The notes below the pieces were generated by a model. That model was not told where the DNA came from. It searched no databases and worked only from the letters and a program-made list of their open reading frames with translations. Below, piece after piece: positions 1 to 9,864 of a DNA stretch of 64,000 nucleotides. How positions within the stretch are numbered: the first letter of the stretch is position 1; each line of letters starts with the position of its first letter. This DNA comes from an uncultured Acidobacteriota bacterium. GTDB taxonomy: Bacteria; Acidobacteriota; UBA6911. The DNA lies in the NCBI GenBank assembly GCA_963809485.1, contig CAWEJX010000020.1:1152001-1216000 (forward strand). Reading direction: 5' to 3'. A program made the position numbers and the translations under genes.

Positions 1-448
1 ACGGGATGATCCCAAGCCGGTCAGGGATGAGGACCCCGCAGCGCGAATCGGCAAAGACTGGAAGATCGCGTATCGGAATGTCCTGGGCGAATTCTCGCTC
101 GGGCTTCTGCTGAGCCTTCACTTCTCTGAGGAACGGGCCCGCAGGGCGACGGCCGGCTGGGGAGGCGACCAGGTGATGCTTTTGGAAAACAAAGAGGGAA
201 AGGATGCGGTCTTTGTCAGCACCGTCTGGGACACGCCCGAGGATGCGGAAAGATTCTATCTCGCCATGCAGGACTGGTTTCAAAAGCGCAGTCCCCAGGC
301 AGTCAAAACAGATGAGCCACCGGCCGGATTTTCCATCGCCCAGGACGGAGAATCCCACTCCATAAGGCATGAGGGAACGGCAGTGCGTCTCATCATTGGC
401 CTCCCTGCAGCCGCCGCCGCGGCAAAATTCTGGTCCGTCAACCCATGA
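1..448 (+). CDS. 3' part of a hypothetical protein (runs in from window edge)
   Basis: Frame of ORF 173..448 is open back to base 2 (RDDPKPV...NVLGEFSL...ATAGWGGDQVMLL...); stop overlaps next ATG (ATGA). Confidence 0.7.
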   Translation, partial: RDDPKPVRDEDPAARIGKDWKIAYRNVLGEFSLGLLLSLHFSEERARRATAGWGGDQVMLLENKEGKDAVFVSTVWDTPEDAERFYLAMQDWFQKRSPQAVKTDEPPAGFSIAQDGESHSIRHEGTAVRLIIGLPAAAAAAKFWSVNP

Positions 449-864
449 CCGGCGGGAAAGATTGTCGCCCTACCATAGGACCGGCCATGAATGCCGACCG
501 GATCCGGCGCCCGGACGAAAATGCGGATTTCCTATCCGCCTGGGTGCGCGAATTCTCCGGCGCCGTCACCCTCTGCGATTCTGACGGCATCGTCCTCGAA
601 ATGAACGAAGCAGCAGCCGCGATGTACCGGGAATACGGCGGCAGGAAATTGATAGGCAAAAACCTGCTCGAATGCCATCCCGAAGCGGCGCGCCGAAAGC
701 TCCTTCATCTTCTGGAATCGGGAGAGCGCAACGTCTATACGATAGAGAAAAACGGAAAGAAAAAGCTCATCTTCCAGGCGCCATTCCACATCGGCGGGAA
801 GCGAAGCGGCATGGTCGAACTGGCGCTGGAAATTCCCGACCCTCCGCCCCATTTTGTCCGGTAA
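445..864 (+). CDS. Stand-alone PAS-domain protein
   Basis: VTLCDSDGIVLEMNEAA...LIGKNLLECHP is a typical PAS signature. Confidence 0.8.
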   Translation: MTGGKDCRPTIGPAMNADRIRRPDENADFLSAWVREFSGAVTLCDSDGIVLEMNEAAAAMYREYGGRKLIGKNLLECHPEAARRKLLHLLESGERNVYTIEKNGKKKLIFQAPFHIGGKRSGMVELALEIPDPPPHFVR

Positions 865-1036
865 AATTCCCTTCAACCGCCGCAGATCTCAGCAAATCCG
901 CACTATCACCCATGGGCCGCAAATCGCGCATCCCGGCTAAGTTGTAAGTGTTCCTAAGCGTTTTTTCAGCATCCGTCGGCGATATTCGTGCCGATATGAC
1001 TTCTGGTCCACCGGTCCGGGAATCCCCCATTCGCCT

Positions 1037-2701
1037 ATGAAAATGGTTCCTGACGATAGTCATACGGAAGAATGCAGCATCCTGCGGAAGGACAAGTTTG
1101 CGGCACTGGCATTTGCCGCTTTGGCTGTCCTGCTGGGATCCTTTTTGATTGTCGATGGCGTGTCGGGCGCATATCACGATGACGGCATTTACATTACCGT
1201 AGCCAAGGCAATCGCCCAGGGAGACGGCTACCGTTTGATTCATCTGCCCGATGCACCCGTCCAAACAAAATATCCATTTTTATACCCGGCAATCCTGGCC
1301 GTTATATGGAAAATATTCCCTTCCTTCCCAGGCAACCTTCTCTTCATGCAGTGGGTATCCCTTCTCTCCGGAGCCATCGCAGCCGGGCTATCCTATCTCT
1401 ACCTGATTCGCTTCGGTTATTTTTCCAGAGGCGTCGCAGCGGCTGCCGTCGCCCTGTCCGTGACCTTGCCATCCTTCCTGTTTTTTTGCACCTCATGCCT
1501 ATCCGAGATGCCATTCGCGCTGCTTCTGGTGGCGACGATGTGGATGCTGGACCGGCACATCCGCACACCGTTTCTTTCCCGTAAAGCCCAGCTGCTCCTG
1601 GGCGCTCTGGCGGCGCTGCCTCTTTTGTGCAGGGTCATCGGCTTTGTCTCCGTCATCGCCCTGATCTTCCTGGCCTTCCGGCACAGGAAAATTTTGCGCC
1701 TGCCTGCTGCGGCGGCTTCCCTGATTTGCATCCTGTACTTTGGATGGGCTTTGACCTATACGAAGTGGTCCGATGCAACTGTCAGTTCCTCATACTACAC
1801 AAACTACCTGACCTGGTGGCACTCCTTCGGCATTCCTCATTGGGGCCATGTCCTGGCATCCAACGCCTATGATGCGTTTCAGGGATCTTCACTTTTAGCG
1901 CAGCTTTGCCAGCCGGGGTTTCCGGGCTGGATAGATTGGATTGCCGCGCTGATCGGCCTTGCGGGACTGCTCGTCATTTTGCGCCAGGCCGGACATTGGA
2001 GAGTTTTGCCCGTTCTGCTTGCCGCCTATCTCGCCGTTGTTTTGGTCTGGCCCTGGCCGCCATTTCGTTTTCTGGCGCCGGTCCAGCCTTACCTGTTTGC
2101 CTATTCGATCCTGGCGGTTATGGCGGCCTGCAGAATCAGGACGCCGATCTTAAGGTACACCGGAACGGCCGCACTCGGAATTCTAATCCTGTTTAATGCG
2201 GGGTCTTTATACAACGATATCCTTGAAAGCAGAGCAAACAGATACCCGGCCTATATGGTGAGTTATGGATCTCCGGCGGTACGCTGGTCGGATTACGAGG
2301 AGATGTTCCTTTGGATCCGGGCCCATTCCAATCCGGGCGACCTGTTTGTATGCGCAGCAGACCCGATCCTCTATCTGTATACCGGCCGGCGCTCCTTCCG
2401 TCCTTATGTGTCGCGCCCGGGATCGATGTTTTATGATGACCCTGCTCCGGCTTACGGCGCTTTGAGCGAAGTCATGGACAATATTCGGCCCTACAGGCCA
2501 CAATACCTGGTCCTTGCTCCGACTCCCGGATTTTCCGAAGAAATTTCCTATTCCCAGTTTTTGACGGAATCCCAACGAAGATATCCGGGCTGGCTGGAGT
2601 GCGTCTATCTGGGGAAGGATAAAAGATTCGCCATATGGAAGATCAGGCGGGTGCCGCAGTCTTCATTCCATGATGCCGCGCTTCTGAAGAGACGGTACTA
2701 A
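1037..2701 (+). CDS. Polytopic membrane glycosyltransferase (GT-C/PMT-like)
   Basis: Multiple TM helices, N-terminal loop YHDDGIY..AKAIAQGDGY, KYPFLYP, LSEMPF motifs. Confidence 0.7.
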   Translation: MKMVPDDSHTEECSILRKDKFAALAFAALAVLLGSFLIVDGVSGAYHDDGIYITVAKAIAQGDGYRLIHLPDAPVQTKYPFLYPAILAVIWKIFPSFPGNLLFMQWVSLLSGAIAAGLSYLYLIRFGYFSRGVAAAAVALSVTLPSFLFFCTSCLSEMPFALLLVATMWMLDRHIRTPFLSRKAQLLLGALAALPLLCRVIGFVSVIALIFLAFRHRKILRLPAAAASLICILYFGWALTYTKWSDATVSSSYYTNYLTWWHSFGIPHWGHVLASNAYDAFQGSSLLAQLCQPGFPGWIDWIAALIGLAGLLVILRQAGHWRVLPVLLAAYLAVVLVWPWPPFRFLAPVQPYLFAYSILAVMAACRIRTPILRYTGTAALGILILFNAGSLYNDILESRANRYPAYMVSYGSPAVRWSDYEEMFLWIRAHSNPGDLFVCAADPILYLYTGRRSFRPYVSRPGSMFYDDPAPAYGALSEVMDNIRPYRPQYLVLAPTPGFSEEISYSQFLTESQRRYPGWLECVYLGKDKRFAIWKIRRVPQSSFHDAALLKRRY

Positions 2702-3663
2702 AACAGCGAGTCTCTCTGAGCTTTGGCGAACTGAGGCAGGCAGCTGAATTTTGTCGCGAAGCGACTGGGGTGCTCTCCCCTGTAAGCAATGCTTCGCTCC
2801 CGCAGGCCGGAGAAATGGGACCCCGCCTTGACGAGATACGGAATTCTGCGCGGGTCGAATCCCATGATCCTTGCCGCGGTGCTATCCACCGCCAGCAGGT
2901 TTTTCCCCATCACAACCGCTCCGACATGTTTGGCCGTGCCCATGATCGGGCCGTCGCCCTCCATGCCCGCCACGCCATCCACGACGGCATAGTGGACAGG
3001 CACCGTCAGCGCCAGATCCACGATGGAATTGTCAATCCCCCTCACATGCAGAGGATTCTTGGGCCACCCGTAGAGGATTCCGGGAAGCGTGCCAAACAGG
3101 TTCTTCATGGAAAGCGTTACGCCCATCCAATGGTGCGTCTTCATCTTGGGCATGCTGATCACCACATCCGCGTTCACAACCGGGGCTGAAACATAGAAAT
3201 GCGACAGCCCGGTATAGGGCCCCTTATTCGCAACTTTGACTGCCGGCCCGTGATTCATGTCCACGCAACGGACTTTCGAATCCAGGATGCCCTTGAGAGA
3301 CGGATGGTACACAGAGTACCAGGGATCGCGCCGGTGGCCCGCGGCTTCTCCTACGATCACTTCCTTCGCTCCAAGGCTGAGGCACGCCTCGGCTATCTGC
3401 GCGATGAGCCGGATGTCCGTGTTAATCGGCCGGCTTTGATGGAACTCGACAAAATTGGGCTTCAGGAGTACCCGTTTGCCCTGTAATGCAAGGTTGTCTT
3501 CCACCAGGACGCGCGCGAAATCCCCGTGAAAATCACTGTCCAGGTCCGGAACGTTCAACACCGTCACCGGCAGCGACCTGGCGGTGCAGCCGCCGGTAAA
3601 GCGCCCCAGCCCGACAGCTCCTATGCTTCCGATCCACCAGCGAAGAAATTGCCGTCGATTCAT
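2698..3663 (-). CDS. DUF362-domain protein with twin-arginine-like leader
   Basis: VLLKPNFV, PKMKTHH..VTLSMKNLFG, VDGVAGMEGDGP motifs; start MNRRQFL at 3663 overlaps upstream stop. Confidence 0.85.
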   Translation of the reverse strand: MNRRQFLRWWIGSIGAVGLGRFTGGCTARSLPVTVLNVPDLDSDFHGDFARVLVEDNLALQGKRVLLKPNFVEFHQSRPINTDIRLIAQIAEACLSLGAKEVIVGEAAGHRRDPWYSVYHPSLKGILDSKVRCVDMNHGPAVKVANKGPYTGLSHFYVSAPVVNADVVISMPKMKTHHWMGVTLSMKNLFGTLPGILYGWPKNPLHVRGIDNSIVDLALTVPVHYAVVDGVAGMEGDGPIMGTAKHVGAVVMGKNLLAVDSTAARIMGFDPRRIPYLVKAGSHFSGLRERSIAYRGEHPSRFATKFSCLPQFAKAQRDSLF

Positions 3664-4535
3664 GGCGTCAATACCTTCCTTTGCGAAAGCGCTATCCATC
3701 CCATCGCCGAGTGGGCGAGGTTCAGGGAATCGCTCTCCGGCTCCGCCAGAATTGCCTGAATGCGGCGCCGGAGCTCGTCCGTTCCCCTTCCGTGCAAAGC
3801 CAGGCACAGGCATACCAGGGCGCAGGTCGACAGCGAGTGCATTTCAGGAAGCGTCCGTTCCAGGAGGTCCAGGTTTTTGTTTGCCAGACGGGTGTTGCTC
3901 TCCCCCAGCGCCAGCACAGCCAGCGCTGTGGTGTCCCAGAAGGGCATCAGGGTGTTGTTGAAGAGAACCTTGTTGCCGTAGTTCCAGCCGCCTTCGGGTA
4001 TGCACCGGTCCTCCAAAAACCGGCGCCCCTCCATCGCCCTCGGATGATTGTCCTTGCCGGCAAGCCTTAGCGCCAGCAGCGCCCACGATGTGGGTTCCAC
4101 CCAGCCGAACGTTTGAGGCACCCATGGCCATCCGGTCAGTTGTGTGTCCAGATCGTTCTCGGCGCTGCGCCGGAAGGTAAGCGAACGGGATTGAAGAATA
4201 TGATGAAGGGCGGCATCTCTCTCGGCGGTGCGCCCTATGTGGTGCATGGCCATCGCCAGCAACGGGGTGTTCCATTTGCCCTCGTCCGGGAACTCTCGGC
4301 TCAAACCGATGGAACCGTCGGCGTTGCGGTTCCTCAGCGCCCACTCGACAGGGGCCTGCGCCCGAGGCGCTTCTCCGGCAGCCACGAATGCCAGGATTGT
4401 CAGGAGAGTCGGCTCGGAGAAAGAAGGCATGCCCGGGGCATAGGGCATCCCCCCGTCCGGATTCAGATGATCGAGCAATGACGTCAGCTGCAGGTTCATA
4501 ACATCCACGGCATTCTTATCGGCCGCCCGCGCCAT
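3660..4535 (-). CDS. Prenyltransferase/squalene-oxidase-repeat (alpha-alpha toroid) protein
   Basis: QW-like repeats NPDGG, RNADGS, PEGGWNYGN; GWPW...WVEPTSWALLAL. Confidence 0.75.
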   Translation of the reverse strand: MARAADKNAVDVMNLQLTSLLDHLNPDGGMPYAPGMPSFSEPTLLTILAFVAAGEAPRAQAPVEWALRNRNADGSIGLSREFPDEGKWNTPLLAMAMHHIGRTAERDAALHHILQSRSLTFRRSAENDLDTQLTGWPWVPQTFGWVEPTSWALLALRLAGKDNHPRAMEGRRFLEDRCIPEGGWNYGNKVLFNNTLMPFWDTTALAVLALGESNTRLANKNLDLLERTLPEMHSLSTCALVCLCLALHGRGTDELRRRIQAILAEPESDSLNLAHSAMGWIALSQRKVLTP

Positions 4536-4614
4536 ATCTTCTCAGGTCCAGCACAAATTCCGGCTGTGCAGGCCGGCTTCGCCTTTGCCGATTGCAGTTT
4601 TTGGGAAACGCAGG

Positions 4615-5616
4615 TCATACGGCACGGAGACGGACCACGCGGGTGTGAGAGATTCGGTCATGAAAGCACAGGCTTTCCCGGTCGAAAAGACCCCACAACA
4701 GCCCGATCCCCAGGACCAGGAGCGACAGGAGGTAGCCGAAGCACCGGCTTAGCAGCCGCCGCAGCGGAGGCCTCTTTTGGTCGCTGCCGGTTACGCGAAG
4801 CTCCGTGATCATCATCCCGATGGTCTGGCCGGAGGCGACGAGGAAGTAGATGGAATAGATGAAGTAAGTCATCAGAAACAGCACGGCGAAATCAACAAGG
4901 CTCAGGAAATCCAGCACCACGATGCCGGAAAAGAAGTCCGCCGCAATAATGAACGCTCCCGTGCACAATATTATGAAAATAAGATCTATCAGGCCCGAAA
5001 GGGTCCGCGAGAGCAGGATCAGCTTGCCCTCGGAATGCGGAGGCTGCAGCGGGGCCTGATAGGAAATTTCAGGCTCCGAAACCGGCGAGCCTGCCGACTG
5101 AAGGGATACCGCGCTATCGATGAGCTTCTGTATCTCTTCAGGCTCGGGTGCCTTATTCTCGGGCACGGGAATTGGCTTCGGCTCGACGGGCTGAAGTGCC
5201 TTCTGCCGGGGAGCGGGGGGCCGCGGAAGCAAGGGCCTTTCAGGAATGCGGACAGGCATGCGCGCGAGCTTCGGCGAAGAGTTGCGCGCTGGAGGGTTCT
5301 CCGCGGGCTTCACCGGCAAGGCGACGGGCGGCACAACGACGGCCTGAGGCTGAGCATCCAGGGGATGCTCCCTTTTTTGCTTGATGGCCTGAAGCCGCTG
5401 CGACAGTTCCTGCCTCCACGGAGGCAGATCTTCCTTTCCTTCAGGCGCTTTTGCATCACTGGAATAATCCATCTCGATCATGCTGCGGGAACTGCCTTCT
5501 TCCTTGCCGGCAGCCTCCGCCGCTTCTGCCGGCTTTTCCGTCTCCATCTGGTAGCCGCAAACAAGGCACTGTCCCGAATCGCTAATCTCATTGCTTTGGC
5601 ACTGAGGGCAACCCAT
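4615..5616 (-). CDS. RDD-family membrane protein with N-terminal Zn ribbon and Pro-rich linker
   Basis: CPQC...CLVC at N-terminus; R..S.LID, GQTIGM, HDRISHT.V at C-terminus. Confidence 0.8.
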   Translation of the reverse strand: MGCPQCQSNEISDSGQCLVCGYQMETEKPAEAAEAAGKEEGSSRSMIEMDYSSDAKAPEGKEDLPPWRQELSQRLQAIKQKREHPLDAQPQAVVVPPVALPVKPAENPPARNSSPKLARMPVRIPERPLLPRPPAPRQKALQPVEPKPIPVPENKAPEPEEIQKLIDSAVSLQSAGSPVSEPEISYQAPLQPPHSEGKLILLSRTLSGLIDLIFIILCTGAFIIAADFFSGIVVLDFLSLVDFAVLFLMTYFIYSIYFLVASGQTIGMMITELRVTGSDQKRPPLRRLLSRCFGYLLSLLVLGIGLLWGLFDRESLCFHDRISHTRVVRLRAV

Positions 5617-5882
5617 TTTCGATAGACTCCTGCGCCGGCCGGGAACTTACAGGCCCGGACAGCTTCTCTGAAAGTAAGCTGCAATATTTCGCGCGCGATT
5701 ATATCATAAGTCGCATACCGCAGGCCGCACTTCGTCTCTTGTGAGTGTCCCGGGAAAAGCCAAAGGCTTTACGGTTGCTTGGCCCTCAAAAAAGCTTGAT
5801 CGCGAACGATAAAGGATAAATGAGATCCCATGCGCAATAAATATCTTGTCAAACATTTGAACCGCAAAATGTCGGATGACGA

Positions 5883-6124
5883 ATCAGGCGCCTCCGGCAA
5901 AGCCGGAGGCTTGAAAGATTGGAACCGCTCAAAGCGGTTGGAGGAGTTACGCTGGTCTTGAACGCTGACTTACGCGGGCAAAAGCCGATGAGGCGCTTCC
6001 GATCCCCGCGGAAAAAATCGGCGTTTGTCAGCGCTTTTGTCAGCGTATTTCAGCGTTTCAAAATACGGAGCTGTCAAACTCCATGAGTCCCCCGGCAGAG
6101 CCGGAGGCACCCCCGATGGATTGG
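5883..6124 (-). mobile_element. Non-autonomous IS200/IS605-derived palindromic element (family A, copy 1; short form without inner cassette)
   Basis: End hairpins CCTCCGGC-AAA-GCCGGAGG, AACCGCTC-AAA-GCGGTT and CCCCCGGC-AGA-GCCGG; near-identical to six other copies; no transposase ORF. Confidence 0.75.
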
Positions 6125-6261
6125 TGAGGACACATATCCAAAGCCGTGCCTGTCGAGGATTTGCGGTTATCTGCTCTGCTAGCGGAGGCATATATCAGGG
6201 TTCATTGATGATCTGAAGGGGGAGGATTTGGTATACTTTGTTCAAAGGGGACCGGGGACGC

Positions 6262-6567
6262 ATGAAGATTCGAAACAGGGTCGCGATCGTGGTCCTCGTT
6301 GCCGCCATTTCCTCGTGCTTCTATGTTGTGGCCAGACATTATTCGCCGTCGCTGGTGCTGTGCGTCGTGGAGCATGCGTTGATGCAAAAAGCGCCTCCGG
6401 AGATCCCCCAGGCAGTGCTGCAGGAGCGTCTTTACGCTCTCCTCGCGGCGGCCCCGGATGATAGCGAAAGGATGAAAAAGCTGTTGCGCATCTCCGAACG
6501 GCTGGAAAAGGTTCAGAAGCTTACGCCGAAGGAAACGAATGATCTCCTGGCAAGGGGCAAAAACTGA
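6262..6567 (+). CDS. Small membrane-anchored hypothetical protein
   Basis: ORF with N-terminal TM helix, upstream of ECF sigma operon. Confidence 0.6.
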   Translation: MKIRNRVAIVVLVAAISSCFYVVARHYSPSLVLCVVEHALMQKAPPEIPQAVLQERLYALLAAAPDDSERMKKLLRISERLEKVQKLTPKETNDLLARGKN

Positions 6568-6622
6568 AGGAGCGGGAGGAAGCAGGTTCCGATGGATTTC
6601 CCCGTTTTTTCAGCAAAAATTT

Positions 6623-6651
6623 GGAACTTTCTTAACCCTCGGGATGTCTGA
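6623..6651 (+). promoter_or_regulatory. Sigma-E-type promoter (GGAACTT-N16-GTCTGA)
   Basis: Matches the RpoE consensus GGAACTT-N16-GTCnnA, about 50 bp upstream of the ECF sigma gene (autoregulation expected). Confidence 0.7.
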
Positions 6652-6703
6652 GACAGCAGTACACTTGTTTGGAAGCAGCTGAAAACATGCTGAGGCGCAA
6701 GCC

Positions 6704-7336
6704 GTGGACAGGCCCATGTTTCCGGACGAACTGACGCTCCCAAAAGATGAAGGCATTGTTACGCCAGGCTCTGCCCTGGAGCAGGCAAGCCCCAAGGTCG
6801 CCCTGAATTTTGACGAAATATTCGAGCATTACAGCTCTATGGTTTTCAGCTTGGCTTTTCACATTTTGGGGGATCGGGAGGAAGCCCTGGATTTGTCCCA
6901 GGAGGTCTTTCTGACGATCTACCGCAAACTGGGATCCTTCAGGGGGCAATCTTCTATAAAAACATGGATTTACTGCATCACGCTCCACCGCGCAGCCAAC
7001 CGGTTCCGCTGGTGGGGCCGGTTGAGACGCCGCGGGACCGTGTCGCTGGAAGAACACCTGTCCAAAGGATCCAATCGGGACACTATCAGCTGCCTGAGGT
7101 CCGGAATCCAATCCCCGGAAGAGGCTCTCCTTGTCGAGGAAGAGCGCGCCAGAATCGAGAAGATGCTCCAGGAATTGCCGTTGCAGCAGAGGATTGCCGT
7201 AGTCATGCGCGACATCGAAGGGTTTTCCTACGAAGAAATCGCTGAATCGTTGAAGGTATCCCTCGGCACTGTAAAGTCCCGTATTGCGAGAGGGCGAGAG
7301 ATGCTCAAGCGCCATTTCAGGGAAACAGTAAGTTGA
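6704..7336 (+). CDS. rpoE: ECF RNA polymerase sigma factor (RpoE/SigW-like)
   Basis: sigma2 (EALDLSQEVFL, F.G.SSIKTWIY) and sigma4 (EGFSYEEIAESL..SLGTVKSRIARGR). Confidence 0.85.
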   Translation: MDRPMFPDELTLPKDEGIVTPGSALEQASPKVALNFDEIFEHYSSMVFSLAFHILGDREEALDLSQEVFLTIYRKLGSFRGQSSIKTWIYCITLHRAANRFRWWGRLRRRGTVSLEEHLSKGSNRDTISCLRSGIQSPEEALLVEEERARIEKMLQELPLQQRIAVVMRDIEGFSYEEIAESLKVSLGTVKSRIARGREMLKRHFRETVS

Positions 7337-7348
7337 GCGGAGGGTATC

Positions 7349-8152
7349 ATGGTATGCAGGGATGTATTAAGGGTTCTATCGGAGTTTTTTGACGATGCTT
7401 TGGATGCCGAAATCGCCGTGCGAGTATCCCAGCATCTGGATCAATGCGACGACTGCCGCAGGGAGTACGGCGCCCTCGCAGCCGCGCATGCCAGGCTGAG
7501 GGCTCTGCACGGAATCGCGGCCCCGGCGGCTCTGCGCCGCTTGGTGCAGCTCCGGATCACCGCTCAGCATCGGGATCCATGGCAGTTGCGCTTGCGGAAT
7601 GCTCTGCGGAGCAGATGGTTAAGGATCCGGGACATCGAAGGCACGTGGTATGTGACCCGGGTTTTGGGCACCGTCGTGACGTCCGCATTCTTCTTTATTT
7701 TCTCGTTCGCCAGCACCCCGCTTTATGTCAGCGCCGAGGCCCCGGCCGCAAGCCAGGTCTCCCTTTCTCCCGACTTGCGTTACGCCCAGCTGGTGGGATC
7801 GGGCGTTCTCGAGAAACTCGGTCTGGCGCCTGCCCAGCCGCAAAAAGGCAACGTCGCCTCAAATACACGCATTGCCAAAAGCAACCCTGCGATCAATGCT
7901 CAGTATCTTTCGCATTTTGGACAGAGTATTTCCCAGGAAGGCAATGACTACAATTTTTCCGTGGTGGCGTATGTGGACAGCAGCGGTATGGCAAAAATCC
8001 AGAACGTCATCGAATACCCGAACGCCCAAAACTTTATGGACAACTTCAACAAAGTGATCTCCTCCGGCCGCTTCGCCCCGGCCAGGGAGAACGGAGATGC
8101 GGTAGCCTCCCACATGGTTCTAATGTTCAGCAAGATTTCCGTTTACAACTGA
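7349..8152 (+). CDS. Zn-finger (zf-HC2) anti-sigma factor with TM helix and TonB-C-like periplasmic domain
   Basis: C...HLDQCDDC ZAS motif, one TM, C-terminal VDSSG...RFAPARENG.AV. Confidence 0.8.
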   Translation: MVCRDVLRVLSEFFDDALDAEIAVRVSQHLDQCDDCRREYGALAAAHARLRALHGIAAPAALRRLVQLRITAQHRDPWQLRLRNALRSRWLRIRDIEGTWYVTRVLGTVVTSAFFFIFSFASTPLYVSAEAPAASQVSLSPDLRYAQLVGSGVLEKLGLAPAQPQKGNVASNTRIAKSNPAINAQYLSHFGQSISQEGNDYNFSVVAYVDSSGMAKIQNVIEYPNAQNFMDNFNKVISSGRFAPARENGDAVASHMVLMFSKISVYN

Positions 8153-8189
8153 TTCAAAATCGAAGACTGCAACGATTTCGAATCTCGAA

Positions 8190-8545
8190 TCATTTCAGGA
8201 AGATGTAGCGGATGATGAAAAGCACGGCGAACACGTAAACCAGGCTATGCACCTCGCGCCCCCGCCCGGTAACCGTCTTCAATAATGCGTAAGAGATGAA
8301 ACCGAAAGCGATGCCTTCCGTGATACTGAAGGTAAACGGCATGATCACCATCGTCAGGAACGTGGCGATGGCGCTGGCGGCGCACGTACCACCACGACCG
8401 CACCGAAATCCATGCCGCATGCGGAGAGGACCGTGGGCTGGACAAAGATGATGTAGGAAAGCGTCATGAAGGTCGTAATCCCGGCGACAATTTCCGTCTT
8501 CACATCCGTATGGTTTTCGCTCAGCCGGAACAGTCTCTGCAGCAT
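8190..8545 (-). pseudogene. NCS2/AzgA-type purine permease remnant: N- and C-termini joined by a large internal deletion, plus a 1-nt frameshift
   Basis: MLQRLFRLSENHTDVKTEIVAGITTFMTLSYIIFVQP (family N-terminus) runs directly into FLTMVIMPFTFSITEGIAFGFISY...IFLK (family C-terminus). Confidence 0.8.
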
Positions 8546-8656
8546 AATCCTATTTCTTTACCACGAAATACTCGAAACAGATATTGCTTTTAAAGCACAA
8601 TCCTCTCGGTCTGATGCCCAGGATAGTGCCCGAAGTCGATGAGCAATCCGAGCACT

Positions 8657-8860
8657 GACCGACTCTGGAAGCCCGACCAAAAACTTTAACGCTGACGAAC
8701 GCCGATAAGCGCTGACCTACGCTGAAAAAATATAAATAAATACTATTTTCTCAGCATTTGATGCTGATTGGGTGAGGACAGCTCTCCAGATACTTTCTCA
8801 AAACTGCCGGCGAGGATCTCATGATAGTCGTTTTGAGACAGACTCTGGAGAGCCATCCTT
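8657..8860 (+). repeat. REPIN/BIME-like composite repeat (family B, copy 1)
   Basis: ACGCTGAC decamer array, AT-rich spacer and long imperfect palindrome GTGAGGAC..CTCCAGA...TCTGGAGAGCC.TCC; homologous to 27706-27950 and 50845-51105. Confidence 0.75.
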
Positions 8861-8900
8861 ATAAAAGGGAAAGATGCCGAAGGCTGAGTTCTGATGGCTG

Positions 8901-9683
8901 CTAATGGTTGTGGCCGGTGGCTGCGCCAGGCACTTCATGTATGGATGCTTTTTTCGCGGCGGCTGAATAAAAGAGGGCGAGTTCGGGGCGGCGCAGAGTG
9001 CGCCATTTGCCCGTTTGCAGGCCTTCCAGGGTGCATGGGCCGATGCGCGTGCGGACCAGCTTAAGCACTTTAAGGCCTACGGCTTCCAGCAGGCGGCGCA
9101 CTTCGCGGTTCCTACCTTCGGTGAGCACGATCTCCAGCCAGCTGTATTTGCCGCGATCCTCTACCCTGCGGACGCTTTGCGGCCTCGCCCAATCGCCCCG
9201 CTTCAGTTCGAGTCCTTCCGACATCCGGGCCAGGATTTCGTCGCTCACCAGGGTATTGGCTTTGACAAGGTAGGTTTTGGGCACCTGCGAGGCCGGGCTG
9301 GTAACGAAATCCGCGAAATCGTTGTCGTTCGTCAGGAGCAGGAGGCCTGAAGTGTCCTTGTCCAGCCGCCCCACGGGCGAAACCCAGGGCACTTCCCTGC
9401 CGAGGAAGTCATACACGGTTTTTCTTCCCCCGGCGTCGCCGTGACTCGTGATCACACCTTTGGGTTTATAAAACAGCAGGTAGACCTTGCGCGCTTCACG
9501 CAGGCGTTCGCCATCCACGTGAATCGCGTCCGCGCCTGGATTTGTCCAATGTCCGGGATCCCGCACGATGCGGCCATTGACCTTGACGCGGCCGGAGCGG
9601 ATCGCCTCGCATGCGACACTGCGGGATGACAATCCGAAGCGTGACAGGACGCGGTCCAGCGTCATCGTGCTTTTCGATTTCAT
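8901..9683 (-). CDS. rRNA pseudouridine synthase, RsuA/RluB family
   Basis: S4 domain, YKPKGVIT, catalytic GRLDKDTSGLLLLTND, EGRNREVRR. Confidence 0.9.
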   Translation of the reverse strand: MKSKSTMTLDRVLSRFGLSSRSVACEAIRSGRVKVNGRIVRDPGHWTNPGADAIHVDGERLREARKVYLLFYKPKGVITSHGDAGGRKTVYDFLGREVPWVSPVGRLDKDTSGLLLLTNDNDFADFVTSPASQVPKTYLVKANTLVSDEILARMSEGLELKRGDWARPQSVRRVEDRGKYSWLEIVLTEGRNREVRRLLEAVGLKVLKLVRTRIGPCTLEGLQTGKWRTLRRPELALFYSAAAKKASIHEVPGAATGHNH

Positions 9684-9864
9684 GGCCGGGATTCCCTCAG
9701 GTTTTGTGTGGTAAAGGCACAGCCGCCCCGCTGCCGCCTGCGCTAATTTACTTCGAAACCGGGACGCCGGCAAGCCGCCTCCCCTGAGTATTTATCCGAA
9801 GCTCTTGGCATATGCAGCCGCGGAAGCTACTATAAAGCGGTTTATTTTACATTTTGGAGGTCAT

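Noticed and set aside
5642-5671. Second sigma-E-like motif GGAACTT-N17-CTCTGA
   Set aside because: Weak -10 box, points away from the adjacent RDD gene and lies ~600 bp from the next gene
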